A stretch of DNA of 64,000 nt from Epiperipatus broadwayi (lineage: Eukaryota > Animalia > Onychophora), in contig JAQFVV010000009.1 in NCBI GenBank assembly GCA_028023455.1, positions 15,934,001 through 15,998,000 on the forward strand, in the 5' to 3' direction. Position 1 is the stretch's first letter; each line of letters starts with the position of its first letter. The notes under the pieces were generated by a model. It did no database searches, was not told the DNA's origin, and saw only the letters and a list, made by a program, of their open reading frames with translations. This document shows, piece after piece, positions 27,120 to 40,847 of the stretch. The translations under genes and the position numbers were made by a program.

Positions 27120-27439
27120 CTGAAAAACAGCAGAAATATATGAATTAATGATTAAAGTTTATTATTACTAATATAAATGAAAACAGATCATTAATTAACC
27201 ATAAGTTCTTATACAATAATAATGAGAATTAAAAATAAAAACTTACATTTTAAGAAAAGAGGTACTACTTAATTTGTTACTCAAAATGAAGATTAAAAGA
27301 AATGTATTAAGATTTCTGCTCTTTAAATTATTTATACAATTAAAGCAATGCCTTTTAACTTTTTTTTTATTGCTTAGACTATATTTAATAATGATATGAA
27401 TAATTCTAAGAATCAGTACTCCTAAGGAGCAATTTTCTA

Positions 27440-27900
27440 TTGCTTCAGAGAAAGAAATACATTGGCAGTCTATATCAGATTTGCTGATGATGTGACAGTA
27501 GTTACATTTAATGAAATGAAAATAAATATAAAAATTAAAGCAAAGAATATTGCTAATAAGATAAAGGTATTAAGAGTAAATATTGGATAGAAACCTATAG
27601 AGAAGTTTAATGCTTTTAAATATATGAAATGTTTGTTTCAATTGTAACTATATATGAAACATCTAAATGAACAATCTTAGAAAGAGATAAATTAAAAGGA
27701 TAAAATTTACTGAGTAAAAAACATGGAAAAATATTATTTAATAAGAAAATTACAGAAAAAATAAGACCTGGTTTAAATGTGATCTATGAGAAAAGTTAAT
27801 GATGATATAGATTGGGATTATAAAGACTAAATTAAGAAAGTAAAGAAGTTTACATATCTTAAAAAAGTTATGAGTAAGGAGGGAACAAAAGGTAAAAAGG
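27440..27900 (+). mobile_element. Highly decayed non-LTR retrotransposon RT fragment
   Basis: IRFADDVTVV motif at about 27474-27503, followed by degenerate downstream RT-like sequence. Confidence 0.45.
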
Positions 27901-28038
27901 TTTGGAAGATGGACTTGTTTGAAATGTACAGAAAATAGTCTTGTTTGAAATGTATAGAAGATAGTCTTGTTTGAAATGAAAGCAAATTTTTTTAGCAAAA
28001 TATTAATGATTTTTAGCAATCTCTAGTATTTAAATATA

Positions 28039-28309
28039 AATAATCATAGCTTAATGTAAAGTGGAAACCCCAATAAGCTATATATAAATTAATACAAACC
28101 CATCAATAAACAGAAAACAAAAAAATAGACCACCTATTTTTTAGCTCTACATTGTAACACATCAATAAACAGAATGCTGAAATATCATCAGATCTAAAGA
28201 ATGTGGTCCATTTTGTTCTTTTTCATTTATTGATAGGTTTATATTAATTTATACATAGCTTGTTGGGAGTTTACAGTAACTTATGCTTTAATTTTGTGTT
28301 ATGATTATT
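28039..28309. repeat. Imperfect inverted repeat (arms 28039-28133 and 28203-28309), with a further partial copy at about 28480-28535
   Basis: aagctatatataaattaatacaaacccatcaataaa...gaccac pairs with gtggtc...tttattgataggtttatattaatttatacatagctt. Confidence 0.7.
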
Positions 28310-31300
28310 TATATTTATTAGCTGATGTTTCATTTAATATTTAGGGGTTGTTAAAAATGAGGTATTGTAAAACTTATTCTTTGATTGTTTATATATAGAT
28401 TTCACATTCTACATTATAAAACAAATGCGTAAATATCACCTGAGCTAAAGAATAGATATTCCATTCTGGCTTTTTTTTTTTTTTGTTTACTGATGAGTTT
28501 GTATTAGTTTATACATAGCTCTCAGAAATTTCTGCTTTAATTTCAATCTCTAGTATTGTGAAATCTCAGTAAGTTGTATTTTTAAATTAAATATATTATC
28601 ATTCTATATATTTATCACCAGATGCTATTATTACAACAAAAACTGAATTGTTTTGATTTCCTACTGTTTTTAAAAAGCACTGATCTAGAGAACCCTTGGG
28701 AGTCCTTCATATTTAAAATAACTAGATTAGTTATTATTGCCAAACTGATACTGATTTTTAGAAACTATATATTAACAACTATCTTCTGTTTCTCAATACT
28801 ACATTTATTTCCATGGGGAATGAGTTATAGATGTGAGCATTTCTTCTTAAGCATGTCAAAAATAAACTAACTTCAATATATTTATGCTTCAACTCAGGAT
28901 TTACAACATCTCATTTGTTCAAGAATCCATTGCACACACAGCATAATCATAAATTATTAAAAACTTTGCCACCTGTATTGCAACTCAAAAATTTAAAAAT
29001 GATTATGCATACTCTCTGAAAAATGAATAATAGAACAAATCATGTTAAGTCATGGATATAATAAAAATTTAATTAGATAGGCATCATTTTTTTCTAATTC
29101 TTATGAATTATCATTAATAAATATAATGCAAATGTTGGAAATATAATAAACATCAAAATTTCTAAAAAGTTATGGAATTAATCATGTAAATTCTGAAAAT
29201 ACAATTTGACACTTGAAAAAATAAAGTAGACAATAAATAATTATCAGACTTTCTGATTCTTTTATTATTAAAATGTTTCCTTCATTATTATTATGTATAA
29301 ACAGAGAGCATGGAAAAATGAAAATATAATATTTTTCTAGGTTATTTTTATTTATAAAATATAAAAATAGACTTTGTATTGTATAGCCCAATGCAAGAAA
29401 ACAACACTTTCAACAGCCTCCTATTGAAGAATAGTGAAGAAGGTATTACCAGATTTATTGATCATCAGGTGAAGAGAATTTGAAATGCTTTTCTACCCTT
29501 TTTATCTTCTAGATAAAAATAACTAAATATAAATTTATTATATTCTTTTTAAAAGTAAAATGTTGCAAGCTATTATTTTTACAAATGATGTTCTAATATT
29601 ATATATTGTAGAGAATATTATCATCTATAAGATCAGAGAAGTTACTGTCAGTATTTTTTTTAATAACTCCATTAATATTCTGTAAACATTTCTAAAGATA
29701 TAAATTAATTTTATTCAATACTTTGAAAGCTAATAAGATAATTATGAAGATAAATTTAGCAGTTTTTAATATAACTGACAAGTTCATCATATATTAAGAA
29801 TCCATATGAAAAAACTTATGAATACAAAGGAATTGTTATAGTTTTAGATTTCATAATCATATATTGTAAAAAAAAAAAATCAAGTATGACCTCAAATATA
29901 CCAGATTGTTTTAACAATGATATATTTGCACTCTTAATAATTAAAAAATCATGACAAATCTGCTGAAACATAACTAACAATTTGTTATTAATTCTGTAAT
30001 ATGATAATCTGCACTGGAAAAAAAAAAAATCAAAAACATGGATTAGAAATATGAGAATGGGAAGTAAGAAGAACTTTTCCTTCTTAAAAAAAATGACATC
30101 TGTCAATGAGACCAGTCATCTGTATACCCAATTAATATATTATATATAGATTTTATGGTGTTTAAACATCAAAATGAAAAACATTATTGATATTTTTTTT
30201 CTTTCTTTAAAGTCCTTAGTCAGGGATCCAGGAATTTTAGTTGTGTAATCAGCAATTTTTATTACTGGACTAACTTTTCAGAACATTAAATAACAGTATG
30301 CTCTAAGAACTATAGTATACTTAAATACCCTTTCAAAAGGTATGCAATAATATTATATTCATTATTTCATTTAGTCTTTTCAACTAGCTGATAATATCAT
30401 GTTTTGTAAAAGATGGATCATTAGGAATGGATAGCAGTAGCAAGAAATCCGGCTAAAGTGAATAAGTCATATATAATTTGACAATCAATGTCTATGATGG
30501 CAGAAAAACAGCAATATGTAGCAATAAATGCTTAGTTTAATATTAAACCAAGCAACACACACTCCTTTAGCATATACATAATGTGGATTTGAAAGCAGTA
30601 ATTAATATTATCTCATTTCATTTTGCTAACCATCCATGAAAATATGAATAGTCAATGAATATCAAATGATAATGCCAAACATATTCTCAGATTAATTTAT
30701 TGCTATTAGCTATCACCATTAGACAGTGCTCTGTAAATTTTAGCCACCCAGATACCATTTTTTACTCCATTTATACTATTCAAACTAGTTGTTTTAAAAA
30801 AGCTACAAATCTCTGTGTCATCTTGATTTATGTTCATGTTTTTGCCAAAAGATCAATGACAAAAGAAATTATATCATAAATGTCATTAAAATATGTATTT
30901 ACTGACCTAATGCCAGGCTTATCTAACTGAAGAATAAAATGTACTTTGATTCAAAACCTTAAGCTGAAAATTTTTTCCAAGCAATAACTATAGCATATAC
31001 AGGATTCTCTCTTGAGGATGGTCCTTAACTAGAAATGAAACTAATTTGGAGATCTGGTTAGTTTTATTATTTACTGATTATTCCCACTTTACATGATTAG
31101 GAATGTAAAACATGGAATATGATATAAATTAATTACAGCTACCAAATGTTTAAATTATTTTAAGAACTAGATAATATGCATTAAACAAAATGCTTTAATA
31201 AGTTGGTACAATATAACCAAATGTATTTGCTGAATAAATTATAATGATTATCATGTTACTATTTAAATGAATAACTATCAAATCTATGTATCGATGCAAG

Positions 31301-33115
31301 AATTGGCTTGTATTCATAATCTTAGTGATTGAAACCTTCAAATACAGAAATAAAGATGGTTGCTGGATGTTCTGTGCTCCTGACTGATGAAATCCAACAA
31401 TCAAAAGCTAGCCTGGAGAACTGTTTGAAACTATCATCTGGTATACATTGGTTACTCATATTTTCAAAAAAATGGTTTCAGACTGGAAGGATATAGAATG
31501 GGTTATGATTGTTTATATTCAGAAAATATTTAATTTAAGCTGAAGAAGTTTGTAATGATGCTTTGTATTGGTATTTTAGCATTTACTGTATACTAATTAC
31601 CACATTGTAATTCTTTTGAAAGATAATTCTCTATTATTATTAATAAAGAATTGAATCACATTCCACATCTCAATAAAGTTATTAATACACTTCACTTTAT
31701 GCAGGACTAAATCTAGCATCTCAAAATAAGGTAGAATTGCTAAAAACATAATATAATGAGAATGAACTTCCTAATAGAATAAAAAAAAAAAAAAGGCAAA
31801 AAAACCAAAAAACAGCCCAATATCTTTATGATTAAGATTTCAATAACAGTGATTAATTTTAGATTTACAATTGTTCCCTTAATAGAAGACTAATTAAATA
31901 TTATCTATTGTAAAAATGGCAGCCCTTATCAGAAAAGTAAATATGTCATAAGTTCAACATGGAGAAAATGGACACAAGCTTTTCAGCATAGTAAAAAAAT
32001 CATACATTTTCACATGATAAATTTTATACCACACAATTCATATTCATCATCAGAATGCTCAAATAATTTGCAAAATAAAATAATATAAAAAAGTTTGAAG
32101 TTTGATTTTTATATAAATTATTAAAAACACTATACATAGAATGGCTAGATTTATGGTTTAAAATTAATGAGAAAGGAATATTTTAATTAATAATGTAAAA
32201 CAATTCAGCAAAATCTAATAATAAATTTTGGTAATTCAATGGTACTTAAATGTTAAAACTCATTTATAGTGATCCTCATTATCCGAGTTTTCATTATTGC
32301 ATATTACTATGGAATTATATACAAAATTCACGAAAGCTTAAATGAAAATCTGAATAAATTCCAAAATAAGAATTTATTGACTGAAATGATGTGAAAAAAA
32401 AAATTTTAACATTTTTTTTATTTATTATATTTTGGTATTAGTTTTTTATAACTAGTTGAATATAATGATTATATTTAATAAAAAAAAAAAAATTCAAAAT
32501 ATAGGTTATTTAAATAAAAAGTTATCCAAAAATAACAATTCTTTCAACTTTTTTTTTTTTTTCCAACAACTTTTATTACTAAATTTTCAAATTCTAGATT
32601 TATAAAAGTATGAAATGCTTATTTAGCATAAAATCCCTAAGCATTTTTTTATTACATAGCTTAGTGTTATTTATCTCTTTATTTCCAGTTTTTTTTTTAA
32701 ACCTTATTTTTTTAAAAAAATAATTCCAAATTTATTAAAAGGTTTGCAAATTTAATAATTCAATTAATATTTTTTCTTTTTGACAATGAACAGAAATATT
32801 ATAATTCAAATAAACAATAGTATGTCATATTTTATTGACACCTTTTTAAAAATCCTGTTAATATTTTATTTGATTATATCTTTTAAGTAACACGTATATC
32901 AACAATTCAAATAGATATTTATCATAATATATTTATTATTTCATAGATTCTGATAAAAATAGCAGGATCAATCAAATAAAAAGGAAACAATCTTTAATAA
33001 AATTATTACATTCATTCTAATGCATTTTCTCAATGCTTTAATTACACAGTTTTGAATTCCAACAACTTTCTTCAGATCTAAAAAACAATTTTATTATATT
33101 ATTTTTTTACATAAA

Positions 33116-33322
33116 TACAATAATCAAATATGTTTAAAAATACATATATACAAGCAACAAAGATTACAAATTATAAAATTATTATATAAAAGCCTTTTTC
33201 GGCAAATTATGTTTTTTTGCCCTTTTCAATATGTCTCCACGATTTAAAGCACATAATAATTTTATAATTTGTAATCTTTGTTGCTTGTATATATGTATTT
33301 TTAAACATATTTGACTATTGTA
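33116..33322 (-). mobile_element. Short PLE-terminus-like insertion with inverted arms (33116-33186 and 33253-33322)
   Basis: Near-perfect 70-bp inverted repeat. A hammerhead-like motif lies immediately 5' of the left arm on the minus strand. Confidence 0.6.
33184..33232 (-). ncRNA. Minimal type-I hammerhead ribozyme-like motif, U3-A8 variant (second family)
   Basis: Minus strand reads AUA UUGAAAA G GGCAAA aaaacauaa UUUGCC GAAA AAGGCUUUU A^UAU: 6-bp stem II, near-palindromic stem III, UUA triplet and a 3-bp stem I. Confidence 0.6.
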
Positions 33323-33411
33323 TACTTGAAGTGCAACATAAAAAAAGAATTGGTTTTAATTCTGATTCTGTTTCTGTATAGTTTTACATAAATATAAAAT
33401 AACTTGATTTT

Positions 33412-33578
33412 ATATATATATACAAAAAAAATATATAATAAAACACAGAAAAAAAAATATTTGTGTATAAAATTATTTTAATATTTCAACCAAACCAGTC
33501 CTCTGGTTGAAATATTAAAGTAATTTTATAAACAAGTAATTTTTTTTCTGTATTTTATTATTTTTTGTATATATATAT
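33412..33578. repeat. Hairpin (arms 33412-33492 and 33504-33578) whose turn contains a half-hammerhead
   Basis: aaaattattttaatatttcaacca pairs with tggttgaaatattaaagtaatttt. The loop region reads ACCAG tcct CTGGT T GAAA TATT. Confidence 0.7.
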
Positions 33579-34053
33579 TTAAAAACTAAAATGACAAATT
33601 ATATGAGCAAACATATAAATCAAATAAACCTTTTAATGGAACAAACAAGATGAAAACATTATTATTTAGTTACAAGTTAATAGAAAATCAATATGTAGAA
33701 AAATATTACATACATTTCTATATCCATATATGCTATAATTTATAATATCATTATAAACATATACTATTTCAATTAACAATGCATTCATTCTATATAAAAT
33801 CATTTTAAATATAAAATAATTACAAAAATCTTATATTCTGAATACTTCAAAATAAACTCTTCAAACTGATGATTTTTGAAAAGAAAAAAAAAATATTTAA
33901 AACTTTCTTTAAACCTCCCTTTTATAAGTCATTTTAAGTTTATTTAAGTAAAAACTCAATAATAATTTATTGTTGTAAATGTTTAATAATTATTATTATC
34001 AAAAATATAAACTTAATATAAATCTAGATTTTATTATTTTAATTTACTTATTT

Positions 34054-34735
34054 ATCATCATCATCACCAATTTCAATTATTATCAATTCAATATGAAATG
34101 AAGTCTCTCCAAGTTTAATTAAGTTTTTCTAATCTATAATTTCTTATTACAATAACAAACTTTCTTATTTCATTCATTTATCTCACAAATGATCTTTTCT
34201 AAATCTTTTATAATTTCTTGGATGTTTATCTGCTACCATCTCTTCTAGTAATATATCCAGCCCAGCTCCATTTCACACTATTATTCTTTCAATGATATCA
34301 ATAATACTTGTTTGTTATATCCCAACCTTTGTATTTCATTTCCCACTGTACATCTCTCTCTATTCCATTGAATGATATAAAATCTCTGCATTTCTCATTT
34401 ATTAAATGTCCAAGTCCCAGATCCATAAGTAAGAACTGGTAAAAAAAAAAATCTATTAAAAACTTTCTTTTCAAACACATACTTATTTTCTTTTTAATAT
34501 TTATTTCTATTAAAAGCATTTCATCCATTACATATCCATATATAGTAATAAACTGCCCAAAGTATTTGTAGCTGTTAACTTCTTTTAATTTGTGATTATC
34601 AATCTTTACTTTTTTCTTTGAAAAAATCCATTGAACAAATTTTTAAATCTTTATCTTTAGTCCTATTATCTTACTTTCATCTGATAACTCTTGTAACATT
34701 TCCTTAAGCTCTGAAATACTATTTGCAAAAGCTAA
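34054..34735 (-). mobile_element. RTE LINE 3' fragment
   Basis: Same family as 9550-11430 (aagtctctccaagtttaat 3' end; gataactc..caacatttcc), with a (TGA)n tail at 34054-34067. Confidence 0.8.
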
Positions 34736-35198
34736 AAGAGCAAAAGAAAATGGATGTTATTTAAAGCATCAAGATTTTTCAGACTATATGAAAATATTAT
34801 TCTAAATAAAATATTAAATTAAAAGTTCAATCTTATAAATAACATAAGAGAAGAAAATCTAATACAAATATTGTATACTGCTGTAAATTTAAAGAAAGTT
34901 ATATTGGTCTGATTTATTTCAGTTTAAATTACCAATAATTAAACTGAATGACAATCACAATTCATAAATTTCAGTCACCAGCTATAGGGTACTAGATTCT
35001 AAACTCGTCTCAAAATAAATAAAAGATACCAAAAATTTTTCTCCTTATATGAAGACAATCATGCAAAGTTATAAAATTGAAATACATTAGCATAATAGTC
35101 TCAATGCAAAGTTATTACTAATACATCTAAGGAGACTTAAGGTAACATGTGTGTGTATATATATATAATGTTAATTCTAATATTTTCACAGATAAATG

Positions 35199-35427
35199 AT
35201 GAATTCATAGAATTATTTCTGGGAGCTTTCCATGTAATAAAAATATAATAGCTAAATAGTTGACATTTCAGTACAATAAAAAAATAATGATTTTAAATCT
35301 CACCACACATATTCTTATGATTTGAGAAAGAAGCTCTGAGGAAAGTCTTTGTTGTACTGAAATGTCAACTATTTAGTTATTATATTTTTATTACACAGAA
35401 GCTCTGGAAATAATACTATGAATTCAT
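35199..35427 (+). mobile_element. Short PLE-terminus-like insertion with inverted arms (35199-35278 and 35352-35427)
   Basis: Inverted arms of about 78 bp. The right arm begins inside a hammerhead motif. Confidence 0.6.
35332..35370 (+). ncRNA. Minimal hammerhead motif, canonical core, partly decayed
   Basis: AGCU CUGAGGA A AGU cuuuguugu ACU GAAA UGUC^AACU. Core and GUC triplet are intact. Stem I has one mismatch, and stem III AUGU is probably a CpG-decayed ACGU. Confidence 0.5.
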
Positions 35428-36739
35428 GTATATATATAATGTAATCTGACTGATTGGTGGAGCAGTCTATTATTTATAAGAAATTGTGAAAGGTTAGTTT
35501 TTTTCTCTTAAATTGTAAATAAATACTGCAGTGCTTTGATCTCTATATATCACCACAAGATTGCATTTAGAAGAGCTACCCTTTTGAATGCAGCAAGCGT
35601 TTAGAAGTTATATTTTCATTAATTACTGTCAATATCTGATGGTAATTTTTCTAATATGAAAATGCAACAGATATTTCCACATACTGAAATATTTAGACTT
35701 AATATGTATATATATTGTAGCACGGACTCCTCATCACCACCATTATCAGGCCACACTTGGTCACAATTGCACCTGGCTTATTAGTCCAATCATAAATTAT
35801 GATGAGCATACTAAGGGACATTATCAGTTTAAAGCCTATAATGTTAACTCCAGTCAGTAATATTTCCTACTCATCATATGGCTAGAACCTATAATACCTA
35901 AGGCAGCTAAAAAATTTATTAGTCCAGGCCAGTTATATTATTAAAGACCCAAAACATCTTAGCAATCTAAGTTTAAGCTTAAATCCTTTGAAGAGATCCT
36001 ATTAATTATGGATCATAGCTTTGGGATTTATGAAATTCATGAATAATATTGCACTACTTAGTTACCTTGATGAAACACATAAATGTAGTCATTAAGGAAA
36101 AACAGATATAACAATGTCAGTTTTATTGAAGTAGTAACATGCAAATTGTCTTTACATTTTCTCAAATAATTAATATTACAGCATTTGTTAAGACACCTGC
36201 ATCACTAGGTAACAGTAATACTACATTGGTTTCTTGTTTTTTAAATCAAATAAATAAACATACTAAAAAAATAATAAATACATTATTACCCAGATGCCAC
36301 ACTGAGGTTGAAATTATATATGTGAATAATAACAATTATATTAGAACTAAATAATGCACATTTATAAAAAAATATAAATACATATCTTACTCTAAAGTAA
36401 ATACAAATATAATATTTAGAGTAGGTGAATTAATATCAAGAAAAAAATGATATTGATTAATAATCAACTGAAAGCAAATATATATATATATATATAATGA
36501 CAAAATAATTAATTACTAGTTCTTATCTTTTATTCTTTTGATTATCTTTTGCCAGAAAAACGTAGTTATATAAAAATATGACACTTTGGTCCAGTGATGA
36601 TAATCTTTGGAATGATTTTTTTTTACTTCCCAATAGTTCACGGAGTTTTAAAATGTATTTCTCATCTATTCATGTACTTTGAAATGAGTTCTTAATCCAT
36701 TACTAACTCCAATGCAATTTATGCTCAAACAATTTTATT

Positions 36740-37050
36740 CATATGGTTTTTAGACAAATTGTGATTTTGTCAATTAACAAAATGGGTTGTAATATTTCTT
36801 CAATGAATAATCCATAGTTTTCTGGTCATTCTCAAAATCTACTTTCTTCTCTCTTGGCAAGACGCTTAAGTATTCAGGCATGATAAGAGCTGGAATGGAG
36901 CAATTAAGTTTTTTTTTCTTCATGTCAGATCATTGCAGGCTGAATAACTTCATTTTCTTCTTAAACGTGGAGTACCATGTAGCCCTGGATAGACTACAAG
37001 AGTTTTCTCAGCAAGCCATATGTTTAAAATTTACTTTATATATATATACA
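36740..37050 (-). mobile_element. Possible very old mariner-like transposase remnant
   Basis: Minus-strand SLSRATWYSTFKK resembles the mariner HTH motif. Nothing else is diagnostic and no TIRs were found. Confidence 0.25.
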
Positions 37051-38194
37051 AAATCACTATGTATTTGATTTATAGTGCACTCTTTCTGATTTTCCAATTT
37101 TCAGAATGTATATATGCAGTCCATTGATTTTCATAATAAAAAAAATATGTTAATCAATGCTATCTGCATTGCATTCTTTCCAAAATGTAGACTGAATGAC
37201 TGATCTCAATTTTTTATTGACAGAATTTTTATAGGTTATCAAATCCAATTGCTTTCATTCAGCTCTATAAAATGCTTATCAATAAGCAGCTTAATTAAAA
37301 AAAAAAAAACCTTTTACAGCTATTACCAATGCCTGCTTTTTGATAAACACAGAAAAGAAAAAAAAGTATGATGACTCATGAGAATTGGAAATAAAAAAAA
37401 GGAAAACAGAGAAAATAAAAAAAAAATATTTTTTTCAGTTATACAAATTCGTTCTGCAATTCTGTATTTTTTTTTTTTAATAAATGATTTAACTTCTATC
37501 ACAGAATTGATAATTTTAAGAAACTGTTTTCGCTTTTTCATTTTCCCAAATTAATTTTATAAACTAGTCCCCCCCAATTTGTTTTTGCTTAGAAACATTT
37601 GTTTAAGATGAAATGTAAAGAAACCTACATGCACAGCACTCGAACAAAACACTAGAATAAAAATGAAAATACTATTAATTCTTAGTGTTATATTTGATGT
37701 TAATCCTTTATTTACTGAGAGTTTCAGAATTAAAATACAGTTGATTATTAGTTTTCATATTTGACATTTACATCTAATGCATGATGTAGCTATACATAGC
37801 TACAATATATATAGTCAAAGATAGAAGACATTCAAATTCAAATAAAAAGACAGTGTGCTATTCATTTGATAACATTACTTATTAAAAGAGGAATAAATAA
37901 CTGATAATAAAGATTAAATGCTTTATCATATAATATAAATCAATATTTAAGTATCATCTATAAAGTCATCAATGAAATAAAGTAAATGTCAAAATAAACA
38001 TCAATTCAATTTAACATTTAAATTAATAGAACACTAATGGTATAAAGAAAAATTTTCAAATGTGATAAATGGCTTTGATCCTATTAATGCATTTAATCTA
38101 TGAAGAAATAAGACAACACATAGATTATATTCAATACTTTGCAATGTTTAATTTATTTATTGTTATATACAATGAGGCCAAAATAGATATTTAT

Positions 38195-39360
38195 TGTAAT
38201 ACATCGTCTATTCATCCACACCGCCCGATGGTGCTGTTGCTAGTGAAAAACAAATAGATATAACATTACTGAGCTGTTTTTATTTTGTTGAATTATGTTT
38301 TTAATTTTTGGGTTTGTTGATTTTTTTTTTTTTTGTTTGTTTGTTTTATGTATATTTCTTAAAAATAAATAATTTTTTTTTTTTTTTTTTTGGCTTTTTA
38401 AAACATTCTGTCTTTTTTTTAAAACAAGCATTTCTTTTTTCCGGTCTTTTTTTTTTTTTTTAAGAGTTTTTTTTTTTTCAGTCTTTTTTCTTGTTTTTGA
38501 AGAACCTTTTTTTTTTTTGTTGTCATTTACCATGTTTTTATTCATAAACAAATACATAGAAATTGCTTTTTTATTTTTAAACAAGGCTTTCTCGACAGAG
38601 CTCTCTAAGAGTTGTTGTCATAGACACATTTCCAACTCAGCTCCAATACGCTTCACTGTAAACTCATCCTGGTTCCAATAATAAATATTCGGCAGCCCTC
38701 AAACCACATTCCATGACTGCCAAATGGAATACCTTCAGCGACATTGAAGCGATTGACATTCCATTTCAGATGTTTGATAACGCCTTAATTTCATTAAATC
38801 ACCACAAAGACAGTTTTTCTGGGTGGGTAAAATATTTTTTTTTGGTTGAAGGAAGGCCACTGCATCTGCTTCTGTAGCAGATAAATCTAAAAACTTCAAC
38901 GCCAAATGATCGTCTGCCATTTAACTGTTTTGATCTTGAAAAAGTATCGGAAAGTGCGCGACTTGATCGTGAACTTTGCCGAATCTCCTGAGAACAAAAG
39001 TAGGGGCATTTGAGAATTCGTTACAATTTTTACTAACTCACATAAATTACAATACATTTAACCAAAAAAAAAAAAAAAAAACTGTTCTAATATACTTTTC
39101 ATCATTACAACTACAGAAACCTTCATATCATATGCTGTACAATAGTCAAGAGTAATGTCTATAGAAAGTGTCGCAACTCGTCGCTAATAATGTTCATATA
39201 CTAACGATGTTGAGTGAAGGGTGCAATTCAACATCTTAGTGTTTGGAACAGTTTACTAGGTCGTAAGATCTATGAACGGCCTTGTAAACAGCATATTTCT
39301 GCACTTTATGCATAGAAACAGCGCCATCGAGCGGTGTGGATGAACAGACGATATATTACC
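38195..39360 (-). mobile_element. Internally deleted Merlin / IS1595(ISXO2)-like DNA transposon
   Basis: TIRs of about 45 bp (tgtaatacatcgtctattcatccacaccgcccgatggtgctg and cagcgccatcgagcggtgtggatgaacagacgatatattacc). Perfect 8-bp TSD ATATTTAT (38187-38194 and 39361-39368). The minus-strand N-terminal remnant AVAFLQPKKNILPTQKNCLCGDLMKL...IYYW is typical of eukaryotic ISXO2-like transposases. The DDE region is absent. Confidence 0.8.
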
Positions 39361-40847
39361 ATATTTATTGATAATCAATTATTTATATTAAGTTGTTCAT
39401 AAATTATGTTAGAAATAAAATGTAGAACAGAAAATTACTCATTTCTATTATATAATTTTAAAATTTGATACATCTTCATTTAAAATGATATACAAATATA
39501 TATCAAATATATTTTGTTTTAACTGATATAGGCTTGTTATAATATGGAGCAAACAGAGGTATTTTATCACACACACTTATTAAATAAATATTAATGCATA
39601 AGAATTAAAATTTACTTTATTTTACATTAAATCTATTTAAATAATCATCTTTTAATTTTTTAAAATAAAATATATCAATTATAATAGAATTTGTATCATA
39701 TGTATAAATGAGATTTGTGAAGAATACATTTGCTTTATAAATATAACATTTGATACTATTAAATATCTCAAAAGTCTATAACTACAATTCTACTGTATTC
39801 AATTTTGTGTAATAAACTTATTACATATTAAATACATTTTATTCATATAATAGTTCTATTATTTATTTTTAACAATAATGCCTTGCAAAGATAATAGAAA
39901 GTGATAGGGTATCAAATGCTATAGAGATGTTAGTTTAGATACTTCTCTAAGAATAGTCATATAGAAGTTACATAACAGTGGCAAATTTTTAATAATAGCT
40001 TGTGTAAGCATAGGAAATGATCATGTGATGTTTTGTTATAAGTTACATACATCTATTTTTATATATCATTATAAAATGCCTGATTCTTTGTGAAAAGTGC
40101 ATTATTTCACAGAGCAACAAGAAGAAAGTGCGAGAGAGTTAAAATATATATCTTTATATATGTTTAGAAGTCATTTATATAATGTAGTGTAGAAACATAG
40201 AAAACAATCCCATCACCTCATGATGATAATATTTTTTTTAATGTTATTACTATATAATATATATTTTAGTAAAATTTATCAATGAACTTTTTCTTATTCA
40301 GTTCATGATTTTGATTTATATTCTGAAAATGATAGTCCTGTATATTTTCATAGCATAAATTTTCTAGTTATCAAAAAATTAATTATGTATATTGTAGAAT
40401 TTACTAGATAATTTTGCCTAGCTATATTCAAAGTCTTTATATTATACATTCGATACATATATTACATTTATCTACAAGCTTATTTAAATAAAATATTAAT
40501 AAGTTAGAATATTATTGATATTTACAAAATAAAAATGAACGGACCAAATGAGATATATAATTATGTATTTTATACTATAGTGCCTTGACAGAATATTTGA
40601 AAAATAAAAATAATAAACCACTATTAATATTTTTTTATTATTATATAATAGATTCATTCAATTTGTGTAAATAAACATTTTCGAGTACAGATTTTGATAT
40701 ATTCATTTTATTCATAAATAATATTTAATAAAATTAAATTATCCAGAGGAGATCATGCTTAATTGAATAAAATCAATTGTTTTATAAAAGTTTATTATTA
40801 ATTTATTATTATCAATAAATTATTTTATAATAATTCATAAAATGTGA

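Noticed and set aside
31376-31418. Possible decayed hammerhead (CTGATGA…AAAAGCTAGC)
   Set aside because: GAAA, stem II and the NUH triplet are all imperfect, and there is no inverted arm.
38240-38584. 114-aa Lys-rich ORF
   Set aside because: It is a translation of T-homopolymer low-complexity sequence inside the Merlin element.
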